A stretch of 49,893 nt of DNA from Oligoflexales bacterium. GTDB lineage: Bacteria; Bdellovibrionota_B; Oligoflexia; Oligoflexales; Bog-1112. The stretch spans positions 1 to 49,893 of the forward strand of contig JBGCDR010000191.1 in NCBI GenBank assembly GCA_045105515.1, read 5' to 3'. The position numbers and the translations under genes were made by a program. Every line of letters starts with the position of its first letter. The first letter of the stretch is position 1. A model generated the notes under the pieces. The model had not been told where the DNA came from. It saw nothing but the letters and a program-made list of their open reading frames with translations, and made no database searches. Below, one piece after another: positions 9,223 to 19,410 of this stretch.

Positions 9223-11208
9223 ATGAAGAGGATTTTTTTAACGCTACTTATGACGTTCTATCCATTTTTTAGTTTTGCTGAGAGCATTCAAGTTAAATCT
9301 AATATCAATGCTTACAAAACAGAAATTTTAACACAGGATGATAAAAAGATTGTAGTGCGATTTGAACTTGGTGATTTTAATAGAGAGAGTGACACCATTG
9401 GTATTCACTCTTTTAATAAGTTAAAGTTAAAAGGAGCGAGCTATCTAAGAAAAAAATCATTCCCGGAGCTCCCTCAATTAGTTGTCCCCCTTACTCTTCC
9501 TAAGAGCCTTAATATCCAGTTAAAAATATTATCTTCGGAATATAAACTACTAGATCTTGGAATCCCCAAACCTAGTAAAGGTGATATTGAGAGATCCGTA
9601 AATCCAAAAAATGTTCCTTATACTTTTGCTAACCTATACAACATAAATCCAACTTCTTTGTACGAAATTGAACCTTATCCAAAGAATATCATCAAACTAT
9701 CAAAACCATATATGCTTAGGAAGATGCACGGAGTCAATTTGACTATATATCCGTTTCAATATATGCCTAAATCAAAATTATTCAAAGTTTATACAAGCAT
9801 AGAACTAAGTGTATCTTTCGAGTCTATTGATTATCAGAGAACTAAAATTCACAATTCAAACCTTGATAATTTTTTCAGTTCACGCTTTGCAAACTGGAAA
9901 AAAAGTGAGAAGCAACTAACATATGAATCCCGATCCAAAAACTCTCCAAAAGGAAAAATCCTCATAATTGCTGGTGATCAATTCATAAATACTGATCTAG
10001 AGGCTTTTGCGATCTGGAAAAGGCAACTAGGTTACCAAGTAAAAACTGTTAAAATGTCTGAAATAGGCTCGAATTCTCAAGATTTAAAGAACTATATACA
10101 AACTGAATATGACATAGACACTCTGCTAGGATACGTAATATTAGTTGGTGATGCCGAGCATGTTCCCTATTTTAAAGGAACTTCAGGCAATGCCCGCAAT
10201 AACGAAGCTGACCCTATGTACGGTTTGGTAGCTGGAGATGATAGCTATCCTGACTTAATTGTTGGAAGGATTTCAGTTAAAAACGCAGGTGATCTTAATA
10301 ATATTCTTTCAAAAAGCATCGAATACGAAAAAAATCCGGCCCATGGAGACTGGTTTAGGAGTGCACTCGGAATTGCAAGCGATGAAGGTTCTCCTACAGA
10401 TGGGGAACGAGCGAACAAAATAAAAAATGTATTACTCGCCAGTGATAAATATGATCATGTTGAAAGCTTATACGATCCAGATGTAGACTCTTCGCATATT
10501 GTCGAAGCTATCAATGCTGGTCAATCATTAGTGAATTATATTGGACATGGATGGGAGACAGCTTGGGTAACGGGTTATTTCAGAAACAGAGATATTGAAA
10601 AACTAACTAATGGACGAAAACTTCCCGTTATCATTAGCGTAGCTTGCGTCAATGGAAAATTCAGTTACGAAGATAGTGATAGTTTCGCAGAACAATGGCT
10701 TAAGGTAGGGCAGGCGGGTAATCCCAAAGGGGCTATTGCAATTTTTGCCTCTTCTACAAATCAATCATGGATCCCACCTACCATTGGACAGCTTGAAATT
10801 AGTCGCTTGATAGCAAGTGATCAAGTTTTTACAGTTGGATCTCTGATGATGAGCGGCTCTATCGCTGTACTAAGAGATGGAAGTCACTCCGCAAAGCAAA
10901 CTTTTCAAACCTGGCATATTTTCGGAGATCCAAGTCTTGAATTCAAATCAGAAGCACCGATGCCAATCAAACTATTTTTGCTAAGCTCAGATTTGCCCTG
11001 GGGTGAAGCCTACAATCTAGGAGATTCAGGCCTAAGATTTAGTATCACCGACAAATCCTCCTTGATTTTCACTCAAGAAAGCGATGAAGGAGGAATGATT
11101 CAACTACCTAAAGCTGAGTTGTTAAGTAATAAGAAAGACCTAACCCTAACTGTCAGCGGTAAAAACAAAGTGCCATTGATCAAAAAAATTAGTTTAGATT
11201 TCAAATGA
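9223..11208 (+). CDS. Gingipain R-like cysteine peptidase (family C25) with signal peptide and propeptide
   Basis: Propeptide PELP and P.PSKG.I.R motifs, YVILVGD, D..Y...GDD.YPD..VGR, catalytic His in NYIGHGWETAW, catalytic Cys in SVACVNG, and W.IFGDPSL. Confidence 0.92.
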   Translation: MKRIFLTLLMTFYPFFSFAESIQVKSNINAYKTEILTQDDKKIVVRFELGDFNRESDTIGIHSFNKLKLKGASYLRKKSFPELPQLVVPLTLPKSLNIQLKILSSEYKLLDLGIPKPSKGDIERSVNPKNVPYTFANLYNINPTSLYEIEPYPKNIIKLSKPYMLRKMHGVNLTIYPFQYMPKSKLFKVYTSIELSVSFESIDYQRTKIHNSNLDNFFSSRFANWKKSEKQLTYESRSKNSPKGKILIIAGDQFINTDLEAFAIWKRQLGYQVKTVKMSEIGSNSQDLKNYIQTEYDIDTLLGYVILVGDAEHVPYFKGTSGNARNNEADPMYGLVAGDDSYPDLIVGRISVKNAGDLNNILSKSIEYEKNPAHGDWFRSALGIASDEGSPTDGERANKIKNVLLASDKYDHVESLYDPDVDSSHIVEAINAGQSLVNYIGHGWETAWVTGYFRNRDIEKLTNGRKLPVIISVACVNGKFSYEDSDSFAEQWLKVGQAGNPKGAIAIFASSTNQSWIPPTIGQLEISRLIASDQVFTVGSLMMSGSIAVLRDGSHSAKQTFQTWHIFGDPSLEFKSEAPMPIKLFLLSSDLPWGEAYNLGDSGLRFSITDKSSLIFTQESDEGGMIQLPKAELLSNKKDLTLTVSGKNKVPLIKKISLDFK

Positions 11209-11216
11209 GAAAAATG

Positions 11217-11244
11217 TGCTACAAAAGTAGTAACTTTTGTAGCA
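11217..11244. terminator. Hairpin between convergent C25 gene and fliW (likely bidirectional terminator)
   Basis: Perfect 12-bp stem TGCTACAAAAGT-agta-ACTTTTGTAGCA. Confidence 0.7.
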
Positions 11245-11263
11245 TAAAATCTAATGAAAATGA

Positions 11264-11809
11264 TTACTTTAGTTGGGAGGCTTGCTGAATATCTGCTTTA
11301 CCTGCATCCCGAGCCTCTTTGACCTTATCAATGGTATTTTGTACCTTCTGTTGGTTCTCGAGGTTCTCGTTATGTTTGCGCATCTCTTCCATAATATTAT
11401 GGCGAGTTGTATAAGCAGAATTATTCAGAATAATTTGCTTACCTTTACGATTTTTTAAATTGAAAATGAGCGGTGCCTTCAAATTTGCAGTCATATTCTG
11501 AGGATTGGTTGGCATCGTTATAATGACTGAAATAACCGCATCTTCTTCATTGTTTAGATCAAGATCACACACCTCATTTTCAGTAACCTCAACTGTATAG
11601 TCAGGTTTAAAAAGTAAGGGGTTAATCAAAACAAAAGCTATTGAGCCATCATCAACTGATTGCAACCACTTAAAAGGTGAATCTTTATCATGGTTGAGTA
11701 GAATGTACTTCTTCAATTCAGGAAACCCAATGAGGCCTTGGGGAAGCTCTACAATTTCCGACTCATTGATTTCGATCTCTCCAAAACGAGAGGTAGTGAC
11801 CTTAATCAA
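11264..11809 (-). CDS. fliW: Flagellar assembly factor / CsrA antagonist FliW
   Basis: TSRFGEIEI, GLIGF, PFKWLQS, F.LINP, TANLKAPL and GKQII motifs. TTG start at 11809 with a GGAGG RBS. Confidence 0.95.
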   Translation of the reverse strand: MIKVTTSRFGEIEINESEIVELPQGLIGFPELKKYILLNHDKDSPFKWLQSVDDGSIAFVLINPLLFKPDYTVEVTENEVCDLDLNNEEDAVISVIITMPTNPQNMTANLKAPLIFNLKNRKGKQIILNNSAYTTRHNIMEEMRKHNENLENQQKVQNTIDKVKEARDAGKADIQQASQLK

Positions 11810-11966
11810 GACGCGATCCTCCAGGCATATTGAGTGCTCGACTGAGTTCAGGTAAAACCTTGAATGGTCATTCGTTGCGATCAAATACTTTTTTAATGTA
11901 TATCATTGATAATATTCTATCCCATCCAAGATAGACTTAGCAACATCTGTTATCGCGACCTAACAA

Positions 11967-12251
11967 TTACTTTTGCCTTATCCGGGTTCTAAATGGAGTT
12001 TGTCCTGGTTCCCTTCCTTGTGAATAGTTTATAATTGCTTTGCTCATTTCTGTTAGGGGTGCGTTCTCTGCCTTAGCAGCCATTTTATTCTCATCATGAA
12101 TTTTTTGATAGATTTCTTCACGGTGAACAACAGTAGAAGGACTAGCTTTAATACCTAATCGTACCTGCTTTCCCTTAATCTGCATCACTATGATTTTGAT
12201 ATCATCACCAATTGCGATTCCTTCACCTAGCTTTCGCGTTAGAACTAACAC
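11967..12251 (-). CDS. csrA: Carbon storage regulator CsrA with C-terminal extension
   Basis: MLVLTRKLGE.I.IGDDI...QVRLGIKA...VHREEIYQKI. The long C-terminal helix with ENKMAA is typical of FliW-regulated CsrA. Confidence 0.97.
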   Translation of the reverse strand: MLVLTRKLGEGIAIGDDIKIIVMQIKGKQVRLGIKASPSTVVHREEIYQKIHDENKMAAKAENAPLTEMSKAIINYSQGREPGQTPFRTRIRQK

Positions 12252-12395
12252 AAGCCCCTCCCTGGCTGGGATTATCTGCTTTGTTTCCTCGATCCTTATC
12301 TACATAGAGATCAGCTTCAGCATAGTTTTACAAAAAATTTTTTACTAACTAAATAAATTAACATATATGAAAAATTATGGGAGGGCTTAATGTAT

Positions 12396-13313
12396 TTAAT
12401 TGGCAGCAGGAGCATTTATAGGGACTCCTGAATTCCAATCTACATAGTAGCCAATCTCTGAAGCAACCCAGGAATGGTAAAGCCTGTTAATATGTCTGAA
12501 AATGCTATTTTTCCGAACGGTATGGAATTGATGACTGTTTATTTGCGCGAGGGGTACTAATCCTTTAACCGTAGAACAAAGAAAAGCTTCGTCGTATTTT
12601 GCAAGCTCATCTTTGTAGATAATGGTTTCTTCCACAGGAATTCCAGCTTTTTTTAGCAGGGATATCACTGTGGCCCTGGTAATCCCCTTCAAAATACCAC
12701 TTTGCACAGAAGGAGTGGACACTGAAACATAGTCTCCATGTCTTCCAATAAAAAATATATTTGCAGTGCTTGCTTCGGTAAGTTCTCCGGCAGAATTACT
12801 CCACATGGCATCCGAAAAACCTTCTTTTTTCGCTTTCTCCATTGCTAATATGCTTCGCAAATAATTCCCAGTTTTAGCGACAGCGGTGCGTTCAGTATGG
12901 GGAAGCTCAAACAAGCGTAAACGCACCCCTTCATGGTAGACCTTCATTGGCTGGGCAATTGCTGCTAGGCCATATATGATTTTGTGAGGTATGCACGGAT
13001 TTGGAAACTCAAGGCCCACCCCTGCCCCCCGGGTCACGACGAGTCGCAAATAGATTTTAGGCATATCAAGGCGCTCTGCCAAGGAAAGTAACTCGAACTT
13101 CAACTCTTCATCAGTCCAAGGAATAGGAAGCTGCAACATCTCAGCAGATTCCCTTAAACGGCTAAGGTGGGGCCTAAGATCTAAAACCTTCCCTTTAAAG
13201 CCAACAAAAACCTCGAATACATTGTCTCCGAATAAAAAGCCTCGATCCAGAGCTGGAATGGATGCTGATTTGGGATCGAAATATTCACCGTTAACTACTA
13301 TGATTCCATCCAT
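12396..13313 (-). CDS. PLP-dependent class IV aminotransferase (IlvE/Dat/PabC family)
   Basis: DRGFLFGDNVFE, H..RL..SA, AKTGNY (PLP Lys), EASTANIF, ILKGITR and DEAFLCST. Confidence 0.9.
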   Translation of the reverse strand: MDGIIVVNGEYFDPKSASIPALDRGFLFGDNVFEVFVGFKGKVLDLRPHLSRLRESAEMLQLPIPWTDEELKFELLSLAERLDMPKIYLRLVVTRGAGVGLEFPNPCIPHKIIYGLAAIAQPMKVYHEGVRLRLFELPHTERTAVAKTGNYLRSILAMEKAKKEGFSDAMWSNSAGELTEASTANIFFIGRHGDYVSVSTPSVQSGILKGITRATVISLLKKAGIPVEETIIYKDELAKYDEAFLCSTVKGLVPLAQINSHQFHTVRKNSIFRHINRLYHSWVASEIGYYVDWNSGVPINAPAAN

Positions 13314-13419
13314 TTTTTCAAGTCTCTTGAAATGAAGGTTTGGCTTATGTTAAAAGACCGCCTTAAGAAAAATCCTGATGGCAGGCGCTATATTTTTAAT
13401 AACAGGAGAGTAGCCTATC

Positions 13420-14769
13420 TTGGAACCCCTAAATCACGACAATAGAAAAGTTCACCTTATTTCACTTGGTTGTGCTAGAAACCGAGTGGATTCCGAAGTC
13501 ATGCTTGGAACCTTATTTGGAAAAGGTTGGACTCACTGTGACGATCCTTCTGCGGGTGATGCAATCATTGTAAATACTTGCGGCTTCATCCAGTCGGCAA
13601 AAGAAGAAAGCATCGAAACCATATTGGACTGCGCAGAATATAAAAAGACCAATCCAAACTTAAAACTCGTGGTAACTGGTTGTTTGACTCAACGGTACAA
13701 AAAGCAGTTATCCACGGGCTTGCCCGAGGTTGACCTGTTTATTGGCACCGATGAGTTTACCAAGCTCGGACAGCTCCTAGACCAGCCCCCAGAAAAAGGC
13801 AGTGTTCATGCAAAGAGAACACACTATTTGTACCATGATGCGATGCCTAGGGTGAACACCCTTGCAAAATACTCTGCCTATGTGAAAGTTGCAGAAGGAT
13901 GCCAACATAATTGTTCTTTTTGCATCATTCCCGCAATTCGGGGGAAACTGCGATCACGTCCTATAGATAGCATCGTAGCAGAAGTTAAAAAGCTCGTGAG
14001 CGAAGGTATTAAGGAAATCAACTTAATAGCGCAAGACCTCGCAGCTTTCGGCCGAGAAAAAGGTCAGGATGAGTTGCTGCCCTTACTAAAAGAGCTAGTA
14101 AAGATCCCAGACTTACAATGGATCCGCATGCTTTATGTCTACCCAGAAAATATCGATGATGAGTTTCTTGATTTTTTTGCCAATGAAGACAAGCTAGTCA
14201 AATACCTTGATATTCCAGTTCAGCATGCAAGTAATCATATACTTACTAAAATGAAACGGGATGTTACTCAGGAAGACCTTCGCCGCACCATAAGAAATGT
14301 CAAACAGAGGATTCCTGGCATAGCCATTAGAACCTCGGTGATGGTTGGCTTTCCTTCTGAGACCGAAGATGATTTCAAACAACTAAAAGAATTTATACAA
14401 GAAATGAAATTCGATCATCTAGGCTGCTTCACCTACTCTCAAGAAGAAGGGACTGTTGCAAGCCGCCTTCCTGAGCAGGTCGACGAAGAGACTAAGGAAC
14501 GGCGTCAAAACGAAATTATGGAAATCCAAAGAGAAATATCTAAGCTTGCTTTGAGTTCATACGTTAGCAAGACCCTACCAGTTTTAATAAGTGGTCTAAG
14601 CAAAGAAACAGAACTATTGATGGAAGGTAGACTCTCTACCCAGGCACCGGAAGTAGACGGAGTAGTCTACATCAACGACGGAGCTGTAAAGCCAGGTAGC
14701 ATCCAGATGGTTGAGATCATTGAATCCCACGACTATGATCTTGTCGGCCGAGTAGTTTCTCTGCATTGA
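13420..14769 (+). CDS. rimO: Ribosomal protein S12 methylthiotransferase
   Basis: SLGCARNRVDSE, NTCGFI..AKEES, radical SAM CxxxCxxC (CQHNCSFC) and a TRAM domain with APEVDG. Confidence 0.96.
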   Translation: MEPLNHDNRKVHLISLGCARNRVDSEVMLGTLFGKGWTHCDDPSAGDAIIVNTCGFIQSAKEESIETILDCAEYKKTNPNLKLVVTGCLTQRYKKQLSTGLPEVDLFIGTDEFTKLGQLLDQPPEKGSVHAKRTHYLYHDAMPRVNTLAKYSAYVKVAEGCQHNCSFCIIPAIRGKLRSRPIDSIVAEVKKLVSEGIKEINLIAQDLAAFGREKGQDELLPLLKELVKIPDLQWIRMLYVYPENIDDEFLDFFANEDKLVKYLDIPVQHASNHILTKMKRDVTQEDLRRTIRNVKQRIPGIAIRTSVMVGFPSETEDDFKQLKEFIQEMKFDHLGCFTYSQEEGTVASRLPEQVDEETKERRQNEIMEIQREISKLALSSYVSKTLPVLISGLSKETELLMEGRLSTQAPEVDGVVYINDGAVKPGSIQMVEIIESHDYDLVGRVVSLH

Positions 14770-14770
14770 G

Positions 14771-15187
14771 CTAAAATTCGCTCAGCTTCCAACTTAGTCT
14801 AAAACCATCTAAGCTTGATTTACTTAGATTGATCTGAGGAGCTAGTTCAATAGCTTGGTCATGGTTTGGCAAAGGGCCAAAATTGTCATTATGACTATAA
14901 GATGATCCATAACTAACTGTTGGAGCCAAAATCACATACGTCCCAACAACACTTCCCATAATGAAGCCTAGAGAAGCACCGGTAGCAATATACTGGAGTT
15001 TCTCACCAGGATTATCTGTTAGCCCTAAGGCTGCTGCCCCAAGAGCTGCTCCAAAAGCAGTCGAGTATCCTGCGGTCACAAACAGCTCGTGGAAGTGCTG
15101 CTCAGTTGCAAACTTGGTTTGAGCGTTTGTTAACTTTGCCCCCACCAAAAGGCATACTAGGGCGCATCCGAGCAAATATTTATTCAT
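14771..15187 (-). CDS. Hypothetical exported/membrane protein with glycine-zipper helices
   Basis: Signal peptide followed by GxxxG-rich hydrophobic helices (GYSTAFGAALGAA; GASLGFIMGSVVG). Confidence 0.75.
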   Translation of the reverse strand: MNKYLLGCALVCLLVGAKLTNAQTKFATEQHFHELFVTAGYSTAFGAALGAAALGLTDNPGEKLQYIATGASLGFIMGSVVGTYVILAPTVSYGSSYSHNDNFGPLPNHDQAIELAPQINLSKSSLDGFRLSWKLSEF

Positions 15188-15636
15188 AATTCCTACGCCT
15201 TACCAAAAACATCAAAGAAGCAATTGGGTTTCATCTCTCTTTTAAATTATAATCTAGTTTGGCATGACGGAGCAAATTAGTGCAAGAATTTAAGCGACCT
15301 AACAAAAATAACTTGCAATCGAGCTATAGTATGGATTAATAAGACTTAAGCAGTTAATTTGAAACGTTATTAACCATACCACAATGCGTTTCACAAACTA
15401 CCTCTAGCTGTTTATATCAATCGTCTAGCATAGAATCATAGGTTTGAATGAGTTTGTCACTGTAACGGAAGTGTGTTTTTTGACGCAATCAATGAAAAAT
15501 CTAAGTGGCCTTATGGCTAAGCCGAATTTTTTATGAAGTGCCATCTGCATCACGGACCTGCACCCAAACCGTTAGGACTTTGAGTCTATGTTGTCTTTAA
15601 TTTTTCAACCCACCTAGACCATAGTGAGCTGATCAA

Positions 15637-16932
15637 ATGGCCAAAGAAGCCAAAAAAAACTTCAAAGAAGAGACTCCTGGAGTCATCAATTTAAATGAAA
15701 TTAAGGTTCGACGAATCTCTGATTTAGCCCAAATGGGCAAAAATTTTGGGATTGTCGGTGCGGCTGGTATGCGTAAACAAGAGCTTATATTTTCTCTCTT
15801 GCAAGCCCAGTCTGAGCGTGGCGGAATGATTTATGGTTCTGGTGTACTAGAAACCCTTCCTGACGGATTTGGTTTTCTTAGAGCGCCAGACTATAACTAT
15901 TTACCAGGCCCCGATGATATTTACGTCTCACCTTCTCAGATCCGTAGATTCAACCTAAGGACTGGAGATACCGTTGCAGGACAAATTCGTCCTCCAAAAG
16001 ACAGTGAGCGATATTTTGCCTTACTAAAAGTGGAAGAGGTTAATAGCGAAAAAGCAGACCAGGATATGGATAAGATTATCTTCGATAATTTGACCCCATT
16101 GTATCCTATGGAAAAGTTTAACCTTGAGTACAACCAAAAGATTTACTCTACCCGGATCATTGATATGCTGGTGCCATTAGGCAAGGGGCAGCGGTCTCTT
16201 ATCGTGGCACCACCTCGAACCGGTAAAACCGTTCTAATGCAGCAGGTTGCGACAGCTATTGAGCGAAACCACAAAGAAGTGGTCTTAATCGTTCTTCTAA
16301 TCGATGAACGTCCGGAAGAAGTAACTGACATGGAACGCTCGGTGCATGGTGAAGTGATCAGCTCCACCTTCGACGAACCTGCACAACGCCACGTCCAGGT
16401 TGCCGAAATGGTAATCGAGAAAGCAAAGCGTCTGGTCGAACACAAAAAGGATGTGGTGATTTTACTCGACTCAATCACCCGTCTTGCAAGAGCTTACAAC
16501 TCAGTAGTGCCGCCTTCAGGGAAGATCCTCTCTGGTGGTGTAGACTCAAATGCTCTTCATAAGCCTAAACGTTTCTTCGGCGCAGCCAGAAATATAGAAG
16601 AAGGTGGATCTTTGACTATCATCGCCACCGCTCTTATTGATACAGGCTCAAGAATGGACGAAGTAATTTTTGAAGAATTTAAGGGAACGGGCAATATGGA
16701 GCTCCACCTCGATCGTAAAATGGTGGAAAAAAGAATGTTCCCGGCAATCGACCTCAATAAGTCAGGAACAAGAAAGGAAGAATTACTTCTTCCAAAAGAC
16801 GTCTTGAATAGAATGTGGATTTTGCGTAAATTGCTTCAGCCGCTCAATCCTGTGGACTCTATGGACTTTCTACTTAATAAGCTTGATAAGTGTGAGAGCA
16901 ACTCTGAATTCATCGAGTCTATGAACGGTTAA
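15637..16932 (+). CDS. rho: Transcription termination factor Rho
   Basis: [20 protein letters not shown]-loop [21 protein letters not shown] and FKGTGNMEL. Confidence 0.99.
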   Translation: MAKEAKKNFKEETPGVINLNEIKVRRISDLAQMGKNFGIVGAAGMRKQELIFSLLQAQSERGGMIYGSGVLETLPDGFGFLRAPDYNYLPGPDDIYVSPSQIRRFNLRTGDTVAGQIRPPKDSERYFALLKVEEVNSEKADQDMDKIIFDNLTPLYPMEKFNLEYNQKIYSTRIIDMLVPLGKGQRSLIVAPPRTGKTVLMQQVATAIERNHKEVVLIVLLIDERPEEVTDMERSVHGEVISSTFDEPAQRHVQVAEMVIEKAKRLVEHKKDVVILLDSITRLARAYNSVVPPSGKILSGGVDSNALHKPKRFFGAARNIEEGGSLTIIATALIDTGSRMDEVIFEEFKGTGNMELHLDRKMVEKRMFPAIDLNKSGTRKEELLLPKDVLNRMWILRKLLQPLNPVDSMDFLLNKLDKCESNSEFIESMNG

Positions 16933-16999
16933 CACCCTGAATTTTTTATTTTTTAAGGGTACGCACTTAACGTGCCCGCAGTTGTAAGGAATGAGAGTT

Positions 17000-17206
17000 A
17001 TGAAAGAAAATATCCATCCTCAGTATGGAGTCAGTAAAGTTAGTTGCGCTTGTGGCAACACTTTTGAAACCCGCTCAACAGTTAGCGAGATCAGTGTTGA
17101 AATTTGTAGCAATTGCCACCCATTTTTCACCGGTAAGCAGAAACTTATTGATACTACTGGTAGAATTGAGAAGTTTCAGAAGAAATATGGGAAAGCTGCT
17201 AAGTAA
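17000..17206 (+). CDS. rpmE: 50S ribosomal protein L31 (Zn-binding type A)
   Basis: [22 protein letters not shown] and GRIEKF. Confidence 0.97.
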   Translation: MKENIHPQYGVSKVSCACGNTFETRSTVSEISVEICSNCHPFFTGKQKLIDTTGRIEKFQKKYGKAAK

Positions 17207-17282
17207 TTGTAGTCTTCCTGCTGCACGCTTTGACTTCCTTGACGCCTACCTCGAGGTGGCATAAAGACTCGACAAACCAAAA

Positions 17283-17312
17283 AAAGCACGGGGTTTTAAC
17301 CCGTGCTTTCTT
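17283..17312 (+). terminator. Intrinsic terminator after rho-rpmE (A-tract on 5' side, possibly bidirectional)
   Basis: AAAGCACGGG-gttttaa-CCCGTGCTTT then CTT. Confidence 0.8.
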
Positions 17313-17410
17313 AGTTTGTAGCAAGAATGAATCAACTCAAGCTCCTTTGCTAGGCTCAACACTGATTCACTATTAGCTTTTTCCAATTGGAATTTGAGAG
17401 AAAGGTTAAC

Positions 17411-18478
17411 ATGATCGACAAACTGGAAGATATAGAGCAACGATTTATTTCCATAGAACAATCTCTCATGCAGCCTGGGCTGGAGGGCAGTGAGTTTGCC
17501 AAGCTCACGAAAAAAAGAGCCGAATTGGAGGAGGTGGTCACAGAATTTCGTGTCTATAGACAGTTTATAGAAGACAAGGCCGAAGCTGACGAAATGGCAG
17601 AAGGTGACGATCCTGATATGAAAGCTTTTGCTAAAGAGGAGTTAGAACGGCTCAACCAAGAAATTGCAGATAGTAAGCAGAAATTGACATTCTTAATGCT
17701 GCCTAACGATCCTAACGATAGCAAAAATGTCATTCTTGAAATTCGTGCCGGAACTGGCGGTGAAGAAGCGGGTATATTCTGTGGAGACTTACTCAGAATG
17801 TATTCCCGCTATGCTGAAAACCAAAGCTGGCGTGTAGAAATGATGAGCGCGACTGAGTCCGCTAAAGGAGGATTCAAAGAGGTTATTTGCTTGGTGGAGG
17901 GCAAAAAAGTCTATAGTAGGCTAAAATTTGAAATGGGTGTTCACCGAGTCCAACGGGTACCGGAAACTGAATCTCAAGGAAGAATCCATACCAGCGCCTG
18001 CACTGTTGCAGTTCTTCCTGAGGCTGAAGAAGTGGAGGTAGATATAAACCCTGCTGACTTGCGCATTGACACCTATCGATCAAGTGGCTCCGGGGGACAA
18101 CATGTAAACACCACAGACTCCGCGGTAAGAATCACTCATATTCCTACTGGAACAGTTGCAGAGTGCCAGGACGAACGTTCTCAGCACAAAAACCGTGACA
18201 AAGCCATGAAGATGCTGAGAACCAGGATTTTCGAAAAAGTTCAAAACGAAAAGAATGCCGAAATAAGTGCTGACCGCAAATCACAGGTGGGTTCAGGAGA
18301 TCGCAGCGAACGCATACGTACTTACAACTTTCCTCAGGGTCGAGTTACTGACCATCGGATAAACCTAACCCTTTACAAGCTAGATGACTTCATGAATGGA
18401 TCAATGGGCGAGGTTTTAGACGCCTTGGGAGCACACCATACTGCGGAGTTGCTTAAATCTCAAGGATCTGGAGCATGA
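17411..18478 (+). CDS. prfA: Peptide chain release factor 1
   Basis: GGQ motif, PxT tripeptide (VPETE) and [15 protein letters not shown]. Confidence 0.98.
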   Translation: MIDKLEDIEQRFISIEQSLMQPGLEGSEFAKLTKKRAELEEVVTEFRVYRQFIEDKAEADEMAEGDDPDMKAFAKEELERLNQEIADSKQKLTFLMLPNDPNDSKNVILEIRAGTGGEEAGIFCGDLLRMYSRYAENQSWRVEMMSATESAKGGFKEVICLVEGKKVYSRLKFEMGVHRVQRVPETESQGRIHTSACTVAVLPEAEEVEVDINPADLRIDTYRSSGSGGQHVNTTDSAVRITHIPTGTVAECQDERSQHKNRDKAMKMLRTRIFEKVQNEKNAEISADRKSQVGSGDRSERIRTYNFPQGRVTDHRINLTLYKLDDFMNGSMGEVLDALGAHHTAELLKSQGSGA

Positions 18479-19353
18479 CTCAGCTACCGCTAGCTTCTAG
18501 CATCGGAGAAGCAAGAACATACTGCAAATCCAAGCTCGATAGCATTGGCATACAAAGCTCCGCAATAGATACAGACCTATTATTATCATCTACTCTAAAC
18601 GTTAGCCGTATCCACCTATACGCATATCCAGAGCAAGCCATCAGTAAGGTACAATGCGAGCAGCTGTTGTCGTTGCTAAATAGACGCTTACAAGATGAAC
18701 CGATGGCTTATATCCTTGGGGAACGTGAATTTTTTGGCCGCAGCTATGCTGTCGACCATAACGTCTTGATCCCCAGACCAGAAACCGAGCTCTTGGTAGA
18801 AACCACCTTGAATTACCTTAATGATTTAGAGCACGCCAGAGTTCTTGAAATTGGTACTGGAAGTGGCTGCGTAGCAATAAGCCTGGATTTAGAAAGTGTA
18901 GATACCACAGTTGAGTCATGGGACTACAGCCACCAGGCTCTTGGAGTGGCAAAAAAAAATAGTAGCCGCCTTGGAGCGAATGTCTCTTTTATTCAGAAAG
19001 ACGCACTTAAACCATGCAGTTGGAATACCCAAGAAAAATTTGACCTCCTTGTTAGTAACCCTCCCTACATAGCTTGGAGTGAATTTAGTGATATAGAATC
19101 TGGAGTTAGGGACTATGAACCACATGAAGCCCTTTTTGCTGAAGAAGATGGCTTAGCGTTCTATAAAACTTTTGCTCAAAAGGGTCCTATGGTACTCAAG
19201 CCGAAGGGCTTGGGAATATTTGAAATAGGTTTCGCCCAAGCAGATAAGATAACAGAGGTTTTTAAGATGTTTGGCTGGGAAGTTATTTCTGTTATAAAAG
19301 ATTATATGAGCAAGCACAGACTTGTTGTAGTTTCTTACTCTGATAAAAGCTGA
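18475..19353 (+). CDS. prmC: Release factor glutamine methyltransferase
   Basis: [15 protein letters not shown] and SNPPY; overlaps the prfA stop (ATGA). Confidence 0.97.
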   Translation: MTQLPLASSIGEARTYCKSKLDSIGIQSSAIDTDLLLSSTLNVSRIHLYAYPEQAISKVQCEQLLSLLNRRLQDEPMAYILGEREFFGRSYAVDHNVLIPRPETELLVETTLNYLNDLEHARVLEIGTGSGCVAISLDLESVDTTVESWDYSHQALGVAKKNSSRLGANVSFIQKDALKPCSWNTQEKFDLLVSNPPYIAWSEFSDIESGVRDYEPHEALFAEEDGLAFYKTFAQKGPMVLKPKGLGIFEIGFAQADKITEVFKMFGWEVISVIKDYMSKHRLVVVSYSDKS

Positions 19354-19410
19354 TATTTCTGCGTTTGTTGCAGTAACACGTAAAAAACTTGTGATCCAAA
19401 GAGTGAGCCC

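Noticed and set aside
15260..15274. Possible sigma54 promoter TGGCATGACGGAGCA upstream of rho
   Set aside because: GG-to-GC spacing is 9 nt rather than the required 10.
15936..16757. Antisense ORFs inside rho, and similar shadow ORFs inside prfA, uppS, rseP, dppD, murG, yadG and others
   Set aside because: They lie on the opposite strand or in alternate frames of well-conserved genes and show no motifs; they are expected codon-bias artefacts.
17025..17541. Short ORFs overlapping rpmE and the rpmE-prfA spacer
   Set aside because: They overlap real genes and the terminator, and show no coding signature.
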